From an uncultured Alphaproteobacteria bacterium (GTDB lineage: Bacteria; Pseudomonadota; Alphaproteobacteria; UBA7985; CAJQQZ01): DNA of 64,000 nucleotides. The notes beneath the pieces are model-generated. The model searched no databases. It was not told where the DNA came from and saw only the letters and a program-made list of their open reading frames with translations. Within the stretch, counting starts at the first letter, position 1. Each line of letters opens with the position of its first letter. Where the stretch lies: the NCBI GenBank assembly GCA_905480575.1, contig CAJQQZ010000046.1, positions 556-64,555 of the forward strand. The letters are read 5' to 3'. Both the position numbers and the translations under genes were made by a program. This document shows positions 59,689 through 64,000 of this stretch, one piece after another.

Positions 59689-60153
59689 ATGAAGCGTTTA
59701 GTGCTGTTTTCAAGCATTGCCGCCTTGTCATTTGGCCTCGTAGGGTGTGGTTCATTTAAGGCCACAGACAAGATTTTGGTCAATGAACAAGTCCAAGCAA
59801 AACCAGTCGTTATACGTCAACCTGTTCGTCTCGTCCGTCAACAACCCGTTCGGATTCAGCGCGTTATCCAACGTGTCGAAGTGCCAAGACAGGTAGTAGT
59901 TCAGCCAACAACGGTCCAGGTGACACAACCTGTTGTCAAACAACAAGCTCAAACAATCCAGCTTCGCTATTTAAATCGCGTCTCAGTGATGCGTATCCAG
60001 CGTGCTTTGCAGCTAAAAGGATTTAACCCAGGTCGAATCGACGGGGTTTACGGAGTTCGAACCGCCAGTGCTATGGCTCGGTTCCAACGTTCTCAAGGCG
60101 AAAGCCGTGGGGTTACAGCATCTACACTCAAGAAATTGGGTGTTATTCTGTAA
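59689..60153 (+). CDS. lipoprotein with C-terminal peptidoglycan-binding domain (PG_binding_1)
   Basis: Lipobox LVGC, V/Q/P/R-rich linker, IQRAL..KGFNPGRIDGVYG.RT..A...FQ motif. Confidence 0.85.
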   Translation: MKRLVLFSSIAALSFGLVGCGSFKATDKILVNEQVQAKPVVIRQPVRLVRQQPVRIQRVIQRVEVPRQVVVQPTTVQVTQPVVKQQAQTIQLRYLNRVSVMRIQRALQLKGFNPGRIDGVYGVRTASAMARFQRSQGESRGVTASTLKKLGVIL

Positions 60154-60190
60154 GATACTTTCAAATTTGTTTTCATTTTCGTTTCTACTT

Positions 60191-60220
60191 GCCTGCTAGT
60201 TTTCTAGCAGGCTTTTTTTT
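60191..60220 (+). terminator. rho-independent terminator
   Basis: GCCTGCTAG-TTTT-CTAGCAGGC-TTTTTTTT. Confidence 0.88.
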
Positions 60221-60379
60221 GCTCAAAAGAAGCCGCAAAGAAACGCTGCAGATCTAGTTGATACCGCGCTGGCATTGCATCGCGCTGGCACTGTCTGTAT
60301 CACGGACAAAGTGTTGTAATAGTGGAATCCTCAAGCAGAACGCCTGTTCTGCGAAGTGAATGATTAGAAAGACCGTGAA

Positions 60380-60946
60380 ATGAATGATCGGACAGAAATC
60401 ACCGCCCGGCTAGCGAAGCGGCTGAAGGAAGAACGCGCAGCTAAAGGGTTGAGCTTGGATGCATTAGCTAAACTCTCCGGTGTTTCACGCTCGATGCTCT
60501 CTCAGATCGAGCGCGGTGAATCAAGCCCGACAGTAGCCAGCCTCTGGAACCTCACGCAAGCGCTGAAGGTGGATTTCTCCAACCTCCTGGATCAGGAGGC
60601 GGAGCCTTTACCTTCGATACGCGAGATTGTTTCTGCTGATGTCACGCCAGTAATTCGTAACCGAGCCGCCGGGTGTGAGATCCGCATTCTTAGCCCGGCG
60701 GAAGAAGTTGGCGGTAATGAAGTGTACGACATTCGGTTTTCTGCGGGCGCAGCATTAGAAAGCTCTGCTCATAAAAAAGGCTGTGTTGAACATTTGACGG
60801 TGATAGACGGCCTTTTGGAAATTAGTTCAGATGAGCAAACGGCCTCTGTTTTCGCTGGTGACACGATCAGATATGCGGCTGACGTGGAGCACACAATTCG
60901 CGCTGCAGAACCTGCCCGGGCTTTGTTAATCGTCAAAAACGCCTGA
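60380..60946 (+). CDS. XRE-family HTH plus cupin transcriptional regulator
   Basis: [28 protein letters not shown]; cupin H..G..EH and GD.IRYAAD..H motifs. Confidence 0.92.
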   Translation: MNDRTEITARLAKRLKEERAAKGLSLDALAKLSGVSRSMLSQIERGESSPTVASLWNLTQALKVDFSNLLDQEAEPLPSIREIVSADVTPVIRNRAAGCEIRILSPAEEVGGNEVYDIRFSAGAALESSAHKKGCVEHLTVIDGLLEISSDEQTASVFAGDTIRYAADVEHTIRAAEPARALLIVKNA

Positions 60947-60976
60947 TTTCCACCTTAACGGCGCTTATCCGTTATG

Positions 60977-61005
60977 TTGACATTAGCTCTTTTAGTGGAT
61001 ATCAA
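60977..61005 (+). promoter_or_regulatory. sigma70 promoter of kbl-tdh flanked by repeated operator-like motifs
   Basis: TTGACA-N17-TATCAA; ATCCGTTA at 60967 and 61005. Confidence 0.6.
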
Positions 61006-61026
61006 TCCGTTAAACTGGAGAACGTC

Positions 61027-62226
61027 ATGACAGGTCAATTTCTTAATCACATTTCGGAAACACTAGAGGCAATTGAAGCCGAAGGCCTTTACAAGCGTGA
61101 ACGGCCGATCGTTTCACCGCAATCGGGACGGATCACCGTCGGGCTAGGAAGCGGCAGCGAGCGCAAGGTGATCAATCTTTGCGCTAACAATTATCTTGGG
61201 TTGGCCGATCATCCTCGTCTAATCGCCGCCGCTAAGGGTGCCATGGACGACTATGGTTATGGCATGGCAAGTGTCCGCTTCATCTGTGGCACACAGGATC
61301 TGCATCGTGAGTTGGAGCAAGCCCTGGCACGGTTTCTCGGGAAAGACGATGCTATTCTTTTTGCCGCTTGTTTCGATGCCAACGGCGGATTGTTTGAGCC
61401 GCTTTTAGGCCCACAAGAGGCGATCATTTCAGACAGTCTAAACCACGCCTCGATTATTGATGGTGTTCGACTTTGTAAGGCACGGCGCTATCGCTTTGCC
61501 AACTCAGATATGACAGACCTTGAGGCCAAACTGAAAGAAGCACAGGCGGCTGGTGCCCGCTTCATCATGATTGCCACCGACGGTGTGTTCTCTATGGATG
61601 GTTATTTGGCCAATCTGTCAGAAATCACACGTCTGGCACGCCAGTATAACGCCCAGGTTATGGTTGATGATTGCCACGCGACAGGGTTTATGGGACCAAG
61701 GGGGGCTGGTACACCGGATCACCATGGTGTTGAGGTTGATATTCTTTCGGGCACTTTGGGTAAAGCTTTGGGCGGTGCTGTTGGGGGATATATCGCCGGA
61801 CCACAGCCAGTGATCGACTTGTTGCGCCAAAGAGCGCGGCCCTATCTATTCTCGAACTCTCTGCCGCCCGGCGTCGTGGCTGCTGGGATCGAAGCGTTGA
61901 AACTGATCACTGAAGGTGACAGCTTGCGGGCTCGACTTTTCAGCAATGCTGCCTATTGGCGCTCTGGCTTGGCCGAACTGGGATTTGAATTGTTGCCCGG
62001 CGAACACCCAATAATTCCCGTTATGCTGGGGGATGCGAAACTGAGCCAGGATATGGCGGCACGGCTGTTCGAGTTAGGGGTTTTTGTAACCGGTTTTTTC
62101 TTTCCCGTTGTGCCAAAAGGGCAGGCACGAATACGCACTCAAATGAACGCGAGCCTGACACGCGAAGATCTTGACAAAGCCTTGGCCGCTTTTGCAACAG
62201 CCGGTCGCGAACTGGGAGTGATTTGA
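61027..62226 (+). CDS. kbl: glycine C-acetyltransferase (2-amino-3-ketobutyrate CoA ligase)
   Basis: [34 protein letters not shown] and RIRTQM motifs. Confidence 0.97.
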   Translation: MTGQFLNHISETLEAIEAEGLYKRERPIVSPQSGRITVGLGSGSERKVINLCANNYLGLADHPRLIAAAKGAMDDYGYGMASVRFICGTQDLHRELEQALARFLGKDDAILFAACFDANGGLFEPLLGPQEAIISDSLNHASIIDGVRLCKARRYRFANSDMTDLEAKLKEAQAAGARFIMIATDGVFSMDGYLANLSEITRLARQYNAQVMVDDCHATGFMGPRGAGTPDHHGVEVDILSGTLGKALGGAVGGYIAGPQPVIDLLRQRARPYLFSNSLPPGVVAAGIEALKLITEGDSLRARLFSNAAYWRSGLAELGFELLPGEHPIIPVMLGDAKLSQDMAARLFELGVFVTGFFFPVVPKGQARIRTQMNASLTREDLDKALAAFATAGRELGVI

Positions 62227-63302
62227 TGAGTGAGACCATGAAATGCTTAGTCAAATCCCAGGCAGAAAAAGGGCTTTGGATGGAACAGCGAGAAATTCCA
62301 AAAATCGGACCAGATGATGTGTTGATCAGGGTCAAAAAAACTGGCCTCTGTGGAACAGATGCTCATATCTGGAATTGGGATGATTGGTCACAACGCACCG
62401 TGCCCGTTGGGCTGGTTACGGGCCATGAATTTGCAGGTGAGATTGTCGAGTTGGGGCAAAATGTGCATGATCTAGAGATCGGTCAGCGCTGTTCCGGCGA
62501 GGGGCACCTGATTGGGCACCTTTCTCGTCAGGTACGTGCCGGACGGTTCCATCTTGATCCAGAAACCAGGGGTATTGGGGTCAACGTGGACGGCGCATTC
62601 GCCGAATACCTAAAACTCCCCGCATTCAATGTCGTGCCGTTGCCCGACACGATACCAGATGAGATTGGGGCCATCCTCGACCCTTTGGGTAATGCTGTGC
62701 ATACAGCCTTGTCCTTTGATCTGGTTGGTGAGGATGTCTTGATCACTGGTGCAGGACCAATTGGTGTTATGGCCGCTGCGGTCGCTAAGCATGTCGGTGC
62801 GCGTCATGTTGTGATCACGGATGTTAATCAAACACGGCTTGATCTGGCAGCTCAGGTGACCGATGTCGTCACGGTAAATGTCACCACAACTGACTTGTTA
62901 GAAGTCACGTCAGGGCTTGGTATGAAGCAAGGCTTTGACGTGGGGTTGGAGATGTCTGGAAACCAAGTTGCTTTTGATCAGATGGTCGAAGCGATGGTCA
63001 TGGGCGGTCAAGTTGCCATGTTAGGCATCCCCCCAGGGAAATCTCAGGTGGATTGGTCGCGCATTGTCTTTAAGGCTTTGACCATAAAAGGGGTTTACGG
63101 CCGCGAGATCTTCGAAACCTGGTACAAGATGATCGCGATGCTGGAAGATGGGCTCGATGTTTCACGCATAATTACTCACCATTTCCCTGCTAACAACTTC
63201 GAACAGGGGTTCGCAGCAATGCTGTCGGGCGATTCAGGTAAAGTCGTGCTGGATTGGGCCGTAGGAAGTGAAGAGCGTGAGATAAATATCAGCGCGAGGT
63301 AA
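62226..63302 (+). CDS. tdh: L-threonine 3-dehydrogenase
   Basis: CGTD.HIW.WD.W, GHE, DPLGNAVHTA, GAGPIG and YGREIFETWYKM motifs; start overlaps the kbl stop. Confidence 0.96.
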   Translation: MSETMKCLVKSQAEKGLWMEQREIPKIGPDDVLIRVKKTGLCGTDAHIWNWDDWSQRTVPVGLVTGHEFAGEIVELGQNVHDLEIGQRCSGEGHLIGHLSRQVRAGRFHLDPETRGIGVNVDGAFAEYLKLPAFNVVPLPDTIPDEIGAILDPLGNAVHTALSFDLVGEDVLITGAGPIGVMAAAVAKHVGARHVVITDVNQTRLDLAAQVTDVVTVNVTTTDLLEVTSGLGMKQGFDVGLEMSGNQVAFDQMVEAMVMGGQVAMLGIPPGKSQVDWSRIVFKALTIKGVYGREIFETWYKMIAMLEDGLDVSRIITHHFPANNFEQGFAAMLSGDSGKVVLDWAVGSEEREINISAR

Positions 63303-63411
63303 CGCTGTTGTTCTTGGCTCATGGCCCCTATTGTTAGTTGCACTGCTAGGACTTTGGATATTTGTGACGCGTCCCCGAATAGTCGCGTCCTATGAGACTA
63401 ATATTCAATTA

Positions 63412-64000
63412 TTAAAATCCGCACCGTAAACAGTCTGGCGTACCCGGAATAATCTCCTGCTTTGTGTTAATAATGGCAAGGCGTGAACCTGCCCTGGATC
63501 GCCAGGCCTTGCCCTGGGAATACATCAAAAACCCACGTTCACTGGTCGCCCAATGGATGAGTACAACCTTGGAAGCGCCGCCACGATAACCACCGTACCA
63601 AAGCGCATTTGCCGGAGGGGTAAGCCCCAAAAGGCTGGCCCTTATTTCATCCATCGTCATTGAGCGACTAAACCAAGCGCGGTACAAGGGAGCACTCACC
63701 TGGAAGACTGCATCGTGATATTCTGATGCCGTCGCATAGGCCAGATATCCAAGAGACGTCGAAACAAACTTCGCAATGTTGAAAGATCGTTGATACCCAC
63801 CTGCTTTGTGAATGTGACGTAATCTCAGTCCTTTGCGGACCTTGACTAGGTTTTGCAACACGGCAGCTACATTCGGTGCCAACCGCTGAAAAACCGACAT
63901 AACCATGCCATATTGACCCAAGCTTTGGCGAAACTCCTTTGCCGCTATGTTAAAGGTATCAAGATCGATTTCCATGAAAGCGTCGATTTTGAAGCTGAGG
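63412..64000 (-). CDS. hypothetical protein, probably 5'-truncated by the window edge
   Basis: Frame stays open upstream of ATG 63975 to the window end (LSFKIDAF-MEIDL..); no motif recognised. Confidence 0.5.
   Translation of the reverse strand, partial: LSFKIDAFMEIDLDTFNIAAKEFRQSLGQYGMVMSVFQRLAPNVAAVLQNLVKVRKGLRLRHIHKAGGYQRSFNIAKFVSTSLGYLAYATASEYHDAVFQVSAPLYRAWFSRSMTMDEIRASLLGLTPPANALWYGGYRGGASKVVLIHWATSERGFLMYSQGKAWRSRAGSRLAIINTKQEIIPGTPDCLRCGF

Noticed and set aside
1-64000. Many 60-215 aa ORFs antisense to or out of frame with core genes; also CRISPR, tRNA, IS and prophage
   Set aside because: Shadow ORFs of well-supported genes. No repeat-spacer array, cloverleaf, transposase or phage gene was seen by eye.

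Overview
A gene-dense stretch of core chromosome from an alphaproteobacterium (inferred from gene order, GAAC-N7-GTAC SOS boxes and a one-Cys DksA; probably a marine Rhodospirillales-like lineage). It carries metY, leuC/leuD/leuB-asd, gluQ, alaS, recA, dksA, a two-subunit NAD-linked formate dehydrogenase, lptFGD-surA-pdxA-rsmA, gmk-yicC, mltG-fabF-acpP-fabG-fabD, rpsF-rpsR-rplI, dnaB-alr-mlaEF-radA-cvpA-purF, der-bamB and an XRE-kbl-tdh threonine catabolic unit. I saw no rRNA, tRNA, CRISPR array, integrase or transposase. The most unusual part is 24.3-29.3 kb. It holds a histidine-ammonia-lyase-fold protein that has lost the Ala-Ser-Gly (MIO) motif and other catalytic residues, set head-to-head with an ornithine-cyclodeaminase-family gene. 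Beside these lie a phosphotransferase and two candidate small RNAs, one with a sigma54-type promoter and CU-rich 3' end and one with G-rich tracts. Other signals are three tandem DnaA-box-like 9-mers before dnaB, a dense GANTC cluster before an orphan secreted protein, a structured element after recA, a protease lipoprotein gene inside leuCD, and Tdh and DksA lacking structural-zinc cysteines. All calls were made by eye, with no database searches.
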